Below the pieces are notes generated by a model. The model made no database searches. It was not told the origin of the DNA and worked only from the letters and a program-made list of their open reading frames with translations. DNA of 64,000 bases from Ruditapes philippinarum (taxonomy: Eukaryota). Position numbers and translations under genes: made by a program. The first letter of the stretch is position 1; each line of letters begins with the position of its first letter. Below, piece by piece: positions 33,561 to 47,734 of this stretch. Location of the stretch: positions 1 to 64,000 of the forward strand of contig NW_026853862.1 in the NCBI RefSeq assembly GCF_026571515.1, given 5' to 3'.

Positions 33561-36500
33561 TAATATTGCACTGAATGATTATTATTCTTTTTTATTTAAT
33601 GACAGAAATAAGTTAGCAAGAAGTTTTTCCACTCAGAGTACAGTGATCAGATCTTCTTAGGTGATGATGAGGCTGTTACCTATGAGAACAGGTTGGCGTT
33701 ATTTTCAGATTGTTTTCAATCCGACTTCCTTTTTGAGATTCTTAGCTGTGTTTAACAGTGTTAAACGCTTTTCATTTTTGGGTCATTTTGCACACTTTTG
33801 TTCTGGAAATTTTGAAAGTTGTTGGGTCAGATCAATTGGTATATAAAATCTTGCAAAGATTATCCTGTCCTAATGTCATAAAACCTCAGTAGAGTCCCTT
33901 TAAGCTATTGGCAATTTCTATAATAGGCATTGAGGGCTAATTTAGGAGTATATACCACATAATAGATACTAAATGCGTATAATATGCTTTCCTGGATTGT
34001 ACCATAGGATGGCAAAGATATTATCAAACAATTGTAAGCATGTACAAAATATTTTAGAAATCAACTGGTGGGCCAAGGTTATCGGCCAAACAAAGGCGAG
34101 AAATGAAGAAGGCTAAGAAACAAGGACAGCAGTCACAGTTACCAACACAGACTGAAGGTGAGGAAGAGGAGGAGAAATCATGGCTGCCAGAAGATAACCA
34201 GGGACGAGGACGGAACAAGGGGAAAAAAGAAAACAAAGAACAAACTGAAATACAGCAGCAACCTAAGAGGGGACAAAAGGTAGATAATTTATTCTTTATC
34301 CTGCTGAAAGACTTTGCCACCATCATCATTTCAGTCTGACAGGCTCTACAATTTTGACTGGCTGACTTTAAATTTTCTTACTCAGTGTTGATAATGGACA
34401 ATCCCAGAAATGGAAGCTGAATAAGTCCATTTAACAAATCCAGTAGTTTAGGTTAAACTAAGTTGTTAGCATTGTTGTATATGTATCATGTTTCATTAAG
34501 AATAATTCAGTAACAGCTGTTCAGTAAACATATGCATTATTAGTATGATGTAAGTTTGGATGAAATCTACAACTACAAAACTAGTCTATATTTCGTCACA
34601 GTCAGAAGTCATATAAGAAAATACAAATTAACCAGAAATAAATATTTATATATATTGTTACTTCAGGCCAAGATGAAGAAATTGAAGGACAAATATAAAA
34701 ATCAGGATGAGTAAGAGAGACAACTCCGTATGGAAATTCTTGCTGTGAGTTTCATTGTTTGTTTGCTATGCTAACAGGGCAACTATGTGTTAATTGTAAA
34801 TAGTTACTTTAAAAGTTTGAAAGGTAATTGAAGCTACAAATTTATTCTTGAATTTCACAAACTTTCTGTGATGTTCAGGTTTACATTAAAAAACGATGAG
34901 AAAACAAAATTACTTCAATAATTTAAGTACATGTTTTACAACTACAAATGTACATTTGTATACCAAAGCAATCAATCTATGGCAAATAGGAAGAAAACTC
35001 TTCAGCTGAATGTTTGTATTTAATTTTACGAGAGCACACTGTACATAAATCAAACTTATGATTGATGATTGATCAAGGCCGGAATATGTAGTTTCACTGT
35101 TTGATTAGTAAATCATTCTACCTTGAATACCCAGGGAAATGGCAAATGATTAAAACTACACTTTTTATTCTGAGATGATCAGATAGTTTTCTTAATCTAC
35201 AGTCTGCTGGCAGTAAAAAAGAAGATAAAAAGAAGAAAGGAAAGAAGGATGAAAAAGGACGTCCACAATCTGCAGTGGAGAAGTAACATCATCAACAACA
35301 ATAACAACAGAGAAACAAGCCAGAACTTGTTGATATCATTATTAAAGATGTAGCAAATACAGCAATCAAAGGTATGTTATGTACATGTAATTTTTGTAAA
35401 GATATTTTTTTTTAAATAATGAGTTGTTATCTACCCGTGAAATATTTTGAGCTTTCATGTATAAAGGTTTTCATATTGAATTTTGAGGTGCATTCCTTCC
35501 ATAAATGTAAAGTCTGCTCTGACAACACATAAATCTGATTGTCCCAGAGCTGTGATATTTATGTTGGCCTGTATTTATTCTCAGATAAATTATTTCTGAG
35601 ACAGTTTTATAATAGAAAATGTGTTGTCATATATTTATTAAAAATGGCTTAATTTACATATTGGAAGGTTCGGTTTTCATGGCCAAGCGGTTATGGTTAA
35701 TGGCTCATTAATACTTGTAATAATGCGAGCCAGTAAATCTTGAAAGTAGCCATAGTACCTTTGTCACTTAGTTAGTTAATTTCAAACCACTTGACCCTCA
35801 CCCCTGTGGCTAAAATCATGTCAGGGACTTGAGTTATATCATGTGAAAAAGCTATCCAGCTAGCTGATTCTTTTCAGGTACCCCTCATGCCTGAAATTAT
35901 GATAAGAGGAGTACCTGAGGTCTTCCACCTCCAGTACGTTAGGCTGTAAATTAAAATGAATTTATAAATATGATTTCAGATGTCTCCACAAACAATATAG
36001 AGATAGTAGAAGCTCAAGTCAATGACGATGATGAGAAGTTAGCAGAGGGCACACAAGTAAGTCCAGCAGATTTGAATTCTTTGACTGGTATACCAAATAT
36101 TGAGGATGAGTTGCTGTTTGCTCTGCCAGTCTGTGCTCCTTACAATGCTCTGACAAATTATAAGTAAGTGACAAATTAAAAGTAAATTTGACAAATTATA
36201 AGCAAAGCTGTCAAATTATTTTTGATCTGACAAATTATTCTTAAGACAGAAAAAGTGTAAATAAGACTGTGGCAAATAGTAATTTAATCTTAAAAATTGT
36301 AAGTTTTTATATTTTTAACCCTTGTTAAATTATTTTGTTACATGTTTGACACTTTGAGAGTAAGATACTGCTCTCGTTCTGTATTTTAGTACAGACAAAT
36401 AACTTCTGCTGATTTTGTGTAAAGATTAAAGTTCATGTAGATGTTGTGGTGTATTTCCTTTCTATATGACTTTTGAAAATAACGTCACTTCTCAAAATAT

Positions 36501-39442
36501 GTGGTCATGTAACTTTAATCAAGGAAAATGAGCTTTAAATCATAATGTATTTATTTCGTTATTCTCAAAGTTGGAAATAATCTTTCAAATACAAGGTCAA
36601 ATTGCTGCAAGGATCAACAAAAAGCGGAAAAGGTATAGAATTAATTAGATTATTAAGTCAATCGTTCTAAGATGTAAAAACTAAATACATTGAACATTAA
36701 ACTTAACAATGCACTTGTTAATGAATTTAGCAAGATTTTACTTGTGTATCAAAATATTACATCTGAAATAAATCTATGTATTGTTTTAGTACATGGAGGG
36801 GTTTGGAGCCTATATATCTTAACCACTGGTTGAATGTTTGGCCTAACCTTTTTGTGTTTGATACTGACCTAGCAATGAATAAAAACATGGGGAAGGGGTT
36901 AAATTTTTCAATGCTTGACTTCTGTAAAGACATATTAAAATTTGTTCAAAAGATAAACATGTTTGTAAAAAGGAACTGTTTTCTTGTCAGCTGCAAAAAT
37001 TGCCATCAACATGTTCCAGTATGATAAAACTATAACACCAAGAGAAAGAGACCTTGTAAAAATATTAAAGGTGAGCTTTATGTTATTATATTGCTTATAA
37101 CCAGTAAGTTTCTGATGGGTTATACTTGTGGGAGAATATAGCCATAGAATAAACTATATGATGTGAGATGCTTTCTGAGCGTTATAGAGATCTTAAAAAA
37201 GCTATTTAAATAATGAAAAATATTGCAAACTTTTTTAAAAAAATAAAAGAAAAACGCGAGTACATGGTGTAAATGTTGGTTATTTCTCTGTTAGATTCCA
37301 ATTGTATGCCTTGCAAAATGTTGTATTATTTTGTATCGGCCTAATATTCAAGTAAAAGTAAATTCAATATATTTTATGTTCGATGCTTTACTTTAATTTA
37401 AGAGGAATCAGAATTCTACTGTGTAGATACTTTTACTAAATGAAAGCTTTCAAAATAATAAATCTGTTGATTCATGTTCATTGTCAGCAAAAATGTTAAA
37501 ATTATTCAAGTTATTATCAATAAATAACTGATAAAAAGGATTTAAAAATGCAAATACTTGTTGAATAAAAACTTAATGCGACAAATAAAAACATGATTAG
37601 CCTGTAACCATTTTGAAATTAACATATATATATTGGAGAAAATTAGGGCACATTAAGGGGAAAATTGCTGATGGTACATGTATATATACAAGTGTCGTCC
37701 ATAGCTAATGTGAATATCTGCGTGTCACAAGTTGGCACAAACTATATATAATTAAATGTCAAAATATGGTGTGTCTCAGAATATGGACGGTAGGTTATTC
37801 GACTTTTTGCCTAAATAATTTCAAATAATTTAAGAAGGGGCTTCATAGGTTTTTCTCGCACAAATTTAGTTGAAAAATCACTATTTAAAGTTAAATCTTC
37901 TGTGATCTAAATAAGAAATAAGTTTAAGAAAACATTTAAGAAATGTCATTTGTTTGTAATGTTTAATAAATATATTTTCTAAAAGATATATCTTATAACT
38001 TATATATTTTGCAGGATGTGGATATATCACGGAACATTCCGGGAAAAGTAAAGGTCACAGCCCCAAACATTAGTAAAGTGAAGAGAAAGTGAATGAAAAT
38101 TGCAAAAAAGTGATTAAATCAGAGCAAGAAAGTGATTAAATCAGACAATAAAACCTAATTGTGCAATTGAATATTATAATGATAAATCAATACTTACATT
38201 TAAAATGGATTATAAAACTATGATAAAAGAAAGATGATTTCTTTTCAAATAGTTGTTGAATAAATACTTAATTTCTTCTATCATTTAGACATGGTATTTA
38301 GTACTTTTTCTGAAACTCTGAATTTTCTAGAACTTTAAAATGTAGGAACTAAACAGAGTGAAAATGTAAATATTTAATAGCTCATAAAAATTAATTATCA
38401 GGATAGTTTTGTGAAGAAAACTTTGAGCTTACTTGAAACATTCTTGAGTTGACCAAAACATAGAACATTATACGTAAAAAAAGACCATAGACTAAAGGTG
38501 AGATCTTGGTTGTTTACTCAATGGTTTTTCATGAATTGTATATCAAAAATTGCTATAACTCAAGAGTAAAAGTGAGTGTATGAATATATTTTTCTCTTCT
38601 TTTGTTAAGTTTTATAATATCTTGATGCAGCAATGTGAAATAAAGAAATAATGGCTTTTTAAAAGACAAATATTTGTTTTGTTGATGTTCATAATCGTTA
38701 ATTTTCAAATACCATTATGCGTCATGTTGATTTATGTAATGCAATGTTGTAGGCAAATGATGAACAGAAGTCAATTATTATACACTTTTAAACTTGAAAT
38801 ATATTTTATTTGTGGTAAAGGGGCATGTATTGGGTGACAGAGGGAAAAGAAACGGAGGCTTTTTTCATAAATAAACAACATGAACAATGAGACATTATCA
38901 AAAAGATGTTATTATTATACGCAAATATCTCCATACAGGACATGCCCCTGGAAAGGAAACTTAATTTTAATTTACCTTTTTGCAATACACAAATCTGACC
39001 TAAACTAATCCATGTAAGGGCGGGCACATAAAGTCCTTTTCAACTGCAATGAGGCCAATGATCTTACAGTGTTTGGTTTGACTAAAAGCTAAAAAAGGAT
39101 GTGGGGGAAACAAAAATAAAAGTAACTAAAAGTTGATTTATACAAATTGATTCAATAAATTATATATTGCATCAATTCACTTTCAATTTAATGCTTAACA
39201 TATAAACAGAGGAACATAGATGTACATACATTGGACAGTTTACAATATATTGTAAAACAGCATTTGGCAAACACGTGAAATGAAAAGACTTGTATGGAAA
39301 GAAAATGTAGTGCATCAGTCACAGTCTCTTACGCCTGATTGTGTAACGATTTAAAATCAACTGGTGACTGGTCTCCAATATCCAATCTTTGATTTGAAAG
39401 TTTGGCATTTAATAAGCTGGCAGTTACAATGGTGAACGAAAA

Positions 39443-39712
39443 GGGGCGCCCTTGGACAAGTGGTTAAGGTCGTTGATTTCAAACCACTTGCCGCTCACCT
39501 CCGTGGGTTCGAATCCCGACAAGGACTTTGAATGCTGTCATGTGAGGAAGCTATCCAGATAGCATACAGGTCGTAGGCGGTTCTACTCAGGTGCCCTTTC
39601 GTGCACGGCACCTGTGGTCTTCCTCCACCAGTAAAGTCGGAACGTCGCCACATGGCCATACTGTGTCAGTGCGACTTTAAACACAAATAAACATAAAAAC
39701 AAACGAAATAAA
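39443..39712 (+). mobile_element. tRNA-derived SINE, well preserved
   Basis: A box TGGACAAGTGG, B box GGTTCGAATCC (39507-39517), conserved core TGTGAGGAAGCTATCCAG...GGTTCTACTCAGGTGCCC and an A-rich tail. Confidence 0.8.
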
Positions 39713-40270
39713 AAACCAGTCTTTAATCATATATTTGTGTTTATGCATTTTATAAGTATGAAACATTTACAGATATCAGATGTTTTATTGAAAGCAGACA
39801 CGCAAAATTACAAAGATAGAAATGTAAAAAAAATGAACTACTATCAATTGAAACTAGCAGGCAATTACACACATATGTTAACAATATTTTCATTTCTTGT
39901 TTTATCATGTACTAGCTGAATATTGCATTTCAAGATTTCATGTTGTATGGCTTTGTTATTATCAGGTTCAGCTAGTTATCTGATGATTGCTGGCCACATG
40001 AGGTCAAACTCCATGTGGGGCAAGTCGTTGAAACTTATTATTATATTTTGTGCTTATTAATGGTTTAGTTTAGGAGTGGATTAAGGAATACAGTGTGTCT
40101 TTAAGGTGATAGCTTCCTTCACAGTCAAAGTTAAATAAAATCTGTATAAATGAAGATTACATGTGTCATATTTCAGTTAAGTGTATTTAGGATTATGACC
40201 CTTATTCTACTGCAATAAAGCAGTAGGATAAATGCTTGTGATGAGTCTTTTTGTCAATGTCTGTTTTTGT

Positions 40271-42068
40271 TTATTCTTGTAACACTTTGAAAACTTTAAC
40301 TTTATTTGGCATCCCAACTAACAATCCCTTGGTATAAGCGCAATATGCAAGACTGCTTGGTTTATCTAATCCATCATTTTTATCTATTAAGATCTTCACT
40401 TTAGTGAGGTATCTCGATAATTGATGGATATTATCAGAAGCAGCTCCACACACATATACTGATCCATAATCATCAATAGCAAGTTGACGAGGCATTTTCA
40501 AATCATCATCCATGTAAATGGCCTTCTTCTTACCAGCAAATGTCAAACAGGTCACGGTGTGTTTGTTCGGATCAGAAACATATATCATAGTATTGTCAGG
40601 ACTGACAATCAAGCGCCAAGGAGTAATAAACAGTTCCTGACCATTATCATCTTGTTTAAATGTTTTCTGTATTGTTCCTGTCATACTTAGAATCATGACA
40701 CTACCTGGATACAAATATGAAACCACAAGACAGTGATTCCTGTAGGCAATACCAGTGCAAAGACCTTTTCCTGGCATCTCGGTGATACTTGAAACTTTCA
40801 TATCTCCTGAAAATGTTATCAGTCTGATTAATCTTTCATTTGGAAATGTTACGGCAACTTTAAAGTCTGAAACTTTTGTAATGTCCCACGGACTTGTATA
40901 AAATTCTATGTTATCCATACAATTTGCCTGTGACTTTTCTATTTTGTATATGACTAGTCTACACTTTTTCCAATCTGATATCAAAAGTGTATGTTCAGAT
41001 AAGACAAGTAAAGAGGATATGACGTCAATGTAACAGTTGATATCAAAATTGAAAGCAACTTTTGTTTCTATTTTTTCAAATGTGAAAAATCTTGTTTCAC
41101 TCTCTAGAGATTGTTCTGTTGGTTGAATGTTGGAGGTTGTGTGTTTGTAGCACTGAATGCAGACTTGTCGAATTTGTTCAGTATTTTGTTGTAAGGGTTT
41201 CACACATTTGTTTTGCTAACTGTAATTTGATAAAAAGTTCACAGTTTTGACCTAATTTTTTGGCTTGGTCTAGATCAGAAGTAAGAACCTTTAAATTCTT
41301 TACCAAATATAAATGTTCTGACCTTAGAACCTTAAAGTTTGTGTTTGTGCTAGCAACCTGTTCTTTCATATCTGTTTCAGCTTTTGTTATCTTGTTTTTA
41401 AATTTTCTATCCTTTTCGGATAACTCTTCAACTAGTTCCAACCTTTCTTTCTTCAACCTTTCAATGGTCTCTTTCATCTTCATATTAAAATCTTCAATGA
41501 GATCTTGATGCAGTTGTTTAAAGGCTTTAAATAGTTTATCTTTGTGCTCCTTGCATGTTTCAGTTGCCTTTTCTTCTTGTTTATCAACCACTTCACTTTT
41601 GACATTCAAAAGCTTTTCTGTGTCTTTTATATCAGCATACAATTTATCCAAGTTCTGTTGAAGGTCTTTAAAGTCTTTACTTTTTTGTATGCCCGAAGCA
41701 AGTGTTGATAAATGGTTCACGTCTCTACAGTTTACATGCTCATTATCCTTGCATATTTGGCAGGCTTCTTTGCTACACACAGAACAGTAAAACTTGATCA
41801 GCTGTTGAGGATGTGTGGAACACTTCTCAAAATAGAACGATTGTGGCATCTTTTTACGATCTTGAATTATGTGAGTTTGTGTTTCTCTCTTATGATATTT
41901 TAGGCAGGTCACACATTTATATTCTACACAATCCACACAGAAAGCTACAGCTGTTGAATAGCCATCACCATGGTTTGCACATTCTTCACAGTACATTTCC
42001 TTAACTCTGTCATCGTGTTGTGTTACTGAAGCACTGTCATTCGCAATCATTTTATTTTGTTCAGTCAT
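40271..42068 (-). pseudogene. RING-less TRIM-like gene, copy B, with a single +1 frameshift (possibly a sequencing error)
   Basis: ORFs 41178-42068 (B-boxes CEEC...FCVDCVEYKCVTC..YH, CSTH...YCSVC...C..C...H, coiled coil) and 40271-41203 (NHL-like blades) join if one G is removed at GGG 41195-41197. Confidence 0.85.
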
Positions 42069-42818
42069 TTTAGGAATATCTTCATTGTATCGACTTTTTT
42101 GTTATTATATCCTTTCCCTTGAAGTAAAGTAAATGTAATAGAGTTTGAATGTTTTTCTTTAAGACATTGTCATGATTATTTTAAGGTTACTTTATAGGCC
42201 ATATATATAATGATAAGTGATCATATGAGTGACCAAAGTTTTTGTTTAATTTTACCATACGACAGTTTGATAAGCCAGTATCAGTTTGATAGTGATTGTA
42301 AATTGTTATCAATGAAATGTCAGTTCATTCATGTCATAAAAACTTCTACCTTTGACTTTCTTAATTATACATACCTCTTAGGCGGTTATTATATAAATAA
42401 ATAATAATAGCTCTAATGTCCTGATAAAAGAAGTAAATCAGATATATTACTTTTTATTTAGTTTTTGATATATTTTCCCCATTATTCATATAGTTAATTG
42501 TATACATAGTAAATTTAATTTAGATTTACTGATATTTCAAGATTTCATGTTGCATGACTAAGTTGTTATCACATTGAACTAGTAATCCAACGACTGCTTG
42601 GTCGCATTGGTTCGACAAGCTGTTGCTTCCTTGATAAAAAAAATGAAATATTTACTGAATACGGGTTGTTTCCTAGAACGGATTCAAGAATACAGAGTTT
42701 GTATTAAAGTTGATAGCTTCCTGGGCAATCATACTTAATAAGGACACTCATTCCATCCTAATGAGAGGAGTATTTAAATTTAGTTGTTGATGATTCTTTG
42801 TGTAATAGTTGCTATTGT

Positions 42819-44612
42819 TTATTCTAGTAACACATTGAAAACTTTAATTTTGTTATACATTCCCACAAACAATCTCTTGGTATTTGGGCAGTAGGCCACA
42901 CTCTTTGGTTGATCTAATCCATCACTTTTATCTATCAAGATCTTCACTTTTGTGAGGTCATTTGATAATTGATGGATATTTCCAGAGTGAATACCACACA
43001 CATATAGTGATCCATATTCATCAACAGCAAGTTGTTGAGGTCTTTTCAGTTGATCATTCTTGTAGACAGCCTTCACCTTACCAGCAAAGGTCAAACATGT
43101 TACAGTGTGTTTTTCCCAGCCAGAAACATAAATCACAGTATTGTCAGGACTGACAGTTAAGTACCAAGGTTCAATAAACAGATTTCGACCATTATCATCT
43201 TTGTCAAATGTTTTCACAATTTCACCTGACATACTTAGAATCTTAACACTAGCTGGATTCCAATATGAAACTACAAGATAGTTATTTTTGTAGGCAATAC
43301 CAGTACAAGGACCATTTCCTGGTATCTCTGTGATATTTAAAACTTTCATGTCTCCAAAGAATGTTATCAGTCTGATTATTCTTTCTTTTGGAAATGTTAC
43401 AGCAATTTTATAATCTGAAACCCTTATAATACCAAATGGATTTGTTTTAAAGTTCATGGAATCAATATAATTGGCTTGTGACATTCCTAGTTTGTATATG
43501 TCTAGGTAACACATTGCATAATCTGATACTAGAAGTGTATGTTCAGATAAAACAAGTAAAGAGGATATGACATCAATGTGACAGTTGATATCAAAATCAA
43601 AGACAACTCTTCTTTCTACATATGATGCATGTACCTTTGCAAATGTGAAAAATCTTCTTTCACTCACTAGAGATAGTTCTTTTGCTTGTATGTTAAAAGT
43701 TTCAATTTTGAAGCGCTGTATGTAGGCTTGTTGAATTTGTTTAATATTTCGGTGAATGTTTTCACACATTTGTTTTGTGAACTTCAATTTAATAAGAAGT
43801 TCACAGTTTTGACCTAGTTTTTGGTCCTCTTCTAGTTCAGCAATATGTGCCTTTAATTGTTTGACCAAATTTAAATGTTCTGACTTGAGAACCTTAAAAT
43901 CTTTGTTTGTGCTAACAACCTTCTCTTTAACATCATTTTCAGCTTTTGTAATTTGGTTTTTAAATTTTCTTTCGTTTTCAGATAACTCGTTAACTAGTTC
44001 TAACCCTTCTTTCTTCATTCTGGCAATTGTTTCTTCTATCTCCTTATCAAAAGCATCAATCACATCTTGATGTTGTTGTATGAAAATTTCTATTAGTTTC
44101 TCTCTATGCTCCTTAAATGCTTCAGTTGCCTCTTCCTCTTGTTTATCCACCACTTCACTTTTAGCATGCAACAGCTTTTCTGTGTCTTTTATTTCCTCTA
44201 ATAATCGATCCAAGTTCTGTTGAAGATCTTTTAAGTCATCACATTTTTGTATACCTGAAGCAAGGGTTGGTAAATGATTCACATCACCACATTTTACATG
44301 ATCATTATCTTTGCATTCTTGGCAGGCTTCTTTGCTACACTCAGAGCAGTAAAACTTGATCAACTGTAGAGGATGTGTGGAACACTTCTCAAAATAGAAA
44401 TCTTTTGGCATACTGTCACTATCTTGAATTTTGTGAGTTTTTGATTGTCTCTTATGATATTTTAGACAGGTCACACATTTATATTCCACACAATCCACAC
44501 AGAAAGCAATAGCGGGTGTAAAGCCATCACCATGATTTTCACATTCTTCACAGAACATTTCCTTCACTTCGTTAGATTCTTGTGATGATAATGCGCGGAC
44601 ATTAGCAGACAT
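42819..44612 (-). CDS. RING-less TRIM-like protein (B-box x2, coiled coil, NHL-like beta-propeller), 597 aa, copy C
   Basis: Intact single-exon ORF with B-box1 CEEC...FCVDCVEYKCVTCLKYH...H, B-box2 CSTH...YCSEC...CQEC...H, a coiled coil and propeller repeats (PWYLTVSPD...IYVS, PQQLAVDEYGSLYVCG, PKSVAYC...LFVG). Confidence 0.92.
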   Translation of the reverse strand: MSANVRALSSQESNEVKEMFCEECENHGDGFTPAIAFCVDCVEYKCVTCLKYHKRQSKTHKIQDSDSMPKDFYFEKCSTHPLQLIKFYCSECSKEACQECKDNDHVKCGDVNHLPTLASGIQKCDDLKDLQQNLDRLLEEIKDTEKLLHAKSEVVDKQEEEATEAFKEHREKLIEIFIQQHQDVIDAFDKEIEETIARMKKEGLELVNELSENERKFKNQITKAENDVKEKVVSTNKDFKVLKSEHLNLVKQLKAHIAELEEDQKLGQNCELLIKLKFTKQMCENIHRNIKQIQQAYIQRFKIETFNIQAKELSLVSERRFFTFAKVHASYVERRVVFDFDINCHIDVISSLLVLSEHTLLVSDYAMCYLDIYKLGMSQANYIDSMNFKTNPFGIIRVSDYKIAVTFPKERIIRLITFFGDMKVLNITEIPGNGPCTGIAYKNNYLVVSYWNPASVKILSMSGEIVKTFDKDDNGRNLFIEPWYLTVSPDNTVIYVSGWEKHTVTCLTFAGKVKAVYKNDQLKRPQQLAVDEYGSLYVCGIHSGNIHQLSNDLTKVKILIDKSDGLDQPKSVAYCPNTKRLFVGMYNKIKVFNVLLE

Positions 44613-45064
44613 TTCTTACTTTATTTTCCAGGAATTGATTGTCTCAATTTTTTTTTATTATATCGTTCCTCATAAAAAATGCAGTTTAGAGTTTAAATGT
44701 TTTTCTTTAAGAGATTTTCATGTTTATCATGAAGGTTATTATATAGGCAATACATATCATCATAACTGAGGGACCAAAGATTTTGTTTAGCTTTACCATA
44801 CGATAGTTTGATAAGTCTGTATCAGTTTGATAGTGTTTAAAGTTAAAATCTGTGCTCTTGTTATCAGTAAAATGTCAGTTCATTCTTGTTGTAAAATCAT
44901 TTTACAGTTGACTTATCTAGTTAATGCATGCATCTAAGGCTATCATGTTGTAGAGGAATGATACTATTGAATTTAATGCCCAGATAAAAAAGTGAATGAG
45001 ATGTACTACATTTTAAAGAGTTTTTGGTAACAACATTAACGACAGCTGATGCATGTACATGTAC

Positions 45065-45900
45065 TTTTTATACGCCCGTTTGTAAAACGTGTCGTAATAT
45101 AGTTTCAACTTGGCGGGCAGCGTCCAAATATTGTCCGGCGCATATCTCCTACACGCATGGAGGAATTTTAATTCACCACTATGAATAGCTGTGTCGCGCA
45201 CATGAAACAGGTCTATAGGTCAAAGATCAAGGTCACAATTAGAGGCCATTGAAAAGCCTTGTCCGGAGCAAAACTTCTACATTCAAATAGGGATTTAAAT
45301 ATAACTTGGCACAAATGTTTCCCATTGTAAGGCGGAGTGTCGCGTGCAAAATTAACGTCCCTGCAGCCAAGGTCAAGGTCACACATAGAAATCAAAGTTC
45401 CGATGAATATATGAAAATGTGTATTCGGATCATTTAGTCATCATTCATTAAGGAATTGAAACACAAATGATCATTACCATGTCTACTGTTGTGAAAAATA
45501 TGATTTAGGTTTATATATGCAAGTTCAAGGTCACAAAAGATGATAGTTAAGGTCACTAAAGATGATAAAATATAGAGATGTTTTCCAGAACATATCTCGT
45601 ACACATTTAGAGGTATTCTAATGAAACTTCATGCAAATGTTCACCAATATGAGAAGCACTGTCTTGCGCATGAACTAAATATCTCGCTCAAAGGTCGAGG
45701 TCACACTTAGAGGCCATTGCAAAACGCTTGGGATTGCCCGAATAATTCTTCTATATGCATAGAGGGATTTTGATGTAACTTGGTACAAAAAATCACCATT
45801 GTGAGGCTTATTGCGCACATTATCCTGGTGCATGCTACCAAAGTCAAGGTCAGATAGAGAGGTCAAAGTTTATGTACATTTAGCCATCATTTATTGCTGG
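45065..45900 (+). mobile_element. HINE-type element with degenerate internal repeats
   Basis: TTTTTATACGCCCGTTT...AAAACG start, followed by repeated GGTCAAGGTCAC units about 140-160 bp apart. Confidence 0.55.
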
Positions 45901-47734
45901 ATTGTATCACATTGAATTGATAACTATCATGACTACAAATGTGGTTACATTTTGTAATATAAATTATGGCCTAAAGGTAAACATCGGTTATGCCCTAAAT
46001 TTCTCTTAGTTTTTATGCCCCCATTATGATAATTACACGTGTTCAAAAACCTTATACTGTTGATAACTCTGTCTTGCTTCATGGGATTCTGAAATAACTT
46101 TGCACAATGTAGCATAATGAGACTGTGTTTCGTGACAGCAAGCTTAGCGTTTTGGCTACAAGTTTCAGATCACACTTCGTCACCTTAGTCCAGTAACGGG
46201 TTAACTTCTATTAAACTATTTAAGGAGTTAACTCAAAACTGCACTTAGGTCACGACTGAGAGATCATGGTCAGTAGTTTTGTCAAGCCAATTACTTTGTC
46301 ATGCATCAAGGGATTTTGAAATAACTTTGTATATGAAAGTCAATGTGCTTTACGCGGGACATATAAGCTCCAAGGTCAATGTTACACTTAACAATGACTT
46401 CGTGCTTTGCCATTCTTGCTAACGAAAAAGTACAAACATATACCTTTCAAAAAGTATTTTGGAAGTATTCTTATCAAAAATATAAACAATGATTTTATAA
46501 ACTGAAGGGTGCATATATATAGCTTTATACACTTTGAAATATAGCTACAAATTATAACATTTCAGATACTTAAAATATAGCTTTCCAGAGACTGAAAAGT
46601 ATAGCATATTATAGAGTATGAAATACAGTTCATATACAGATCCAGAGACTTAATGTATAACATTCCAGAGACTTAAGTATATAATTATAGCATTCCAGAC
46701 TTTTCAATATGAAAATAAAATGCTGTTTCCACAGCTGATGCTTTTGGACTACAAAGGTCAATGGCCTTTAAGTAAATATTGGTTATGCTCTTTTTGTACT
46801 TAATTTGTATTCACCCGCCATGATAATAATGAGGGTATATGAGTCCGAATACCTTGCACTTAAAGATCAAAGATCTACTAGAAAATCGTGTCAGGCCTAT
46901 AACTATGTAATGATTTAAAGGACATTGAAATAACCTAGCACAAACGTGTAGCATGGTAAGAAGACATTTCATGGGCAAGACCTAGTTCTAAGGTCAAGGG
47001 TACACGTCGTCACCGCAGTCACCGTAGTGCAGTGACTAGTTAAATCCTATTAAATTATTAAAGAAGTTAGCCTGTTAATGCACTAAGGTGAGGACTTAGA
47101 GATCAAAGGTCAGCAGTTAGAAAATCTTGTTCTGCCTACACCTCTATCAAACACATAGGGATTTTATTTTGAAATTGCTTAACACAAATATGTTACATGA
47201 TGAAACAATGCATCATGCACAAGACCAAGACCCCTAGCTCCAATTTTTGAAGGTCAAACGTTAGAAGTTGTCCAGTCCATACCTCTGCCATGCATCAATG
47301 GATTTGGAAGTCAGTGGGCAGAAGTGTTTTAGCATAACAAGTCCTTGTTATCCTGGCAATTCTGATAATTAATCCGTATTTGGCAATAGTAAGTGTTATT
47401 CATCTAGAAACCTATTTAACATTTATTTTTCAAGTTTAATGATCATGTACAGACTTAACTGAGAGTCCATGTGAATATTACAGTAGAAAATTGTTTTTAT
47501 CGATAGCCATTCTGTCCTGTTACTCAAAAAGGTTCATTTTTGCAGAAAGTTGTATGAAATACCAGCTATGCTGTCCTATATCCACATTATTCTCCGTCCT
47601 AAATTATTTAATGGTGGAATCCCTGTCCTTCAGACACATTACTTTTTCTAAACTTAGTTTAATTGTGTCACCTTGACAAGGTCGACATACAGGGGTTTTG
47701 TCGGCGGTGTCTGCGGCGTCCCTTACACTCCATA

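Larger units (their letters stand above)
15142..38092 (+). pseudogene. NEMF: 5'-truncated duplicated NEMF pseudogene (copy 2), interrupted by a Polinton
   Basis: Exon 15142-15376 is the NFACT-R exon ([17 protein letters not shown]...[14 protein letters not shown]...[39 protein letters not shown]) with a +1 G frameshift. An acidic exon at ~15819-32148 is split by the Polinton and ends EFTDTEISLHHVKGD. Further exons: ~33606-33691, 34058-34279 (RLSAKQRREMKK...PKRGQK), 34667-34744 (TAA at 34712), 35203-35371 (TAA at 35284), 35980-36163, 36589-36632 (acceptor AG>AA), 36991-37070, 38015-38092. Confidence 0.92.

Noticed and set aside
39443-39520. tRNA gene (A and B boxes)
   Set aside because: Continues into a SINE body and A-rich tail that recur elsewhere in the window; no intact cloverleaf.
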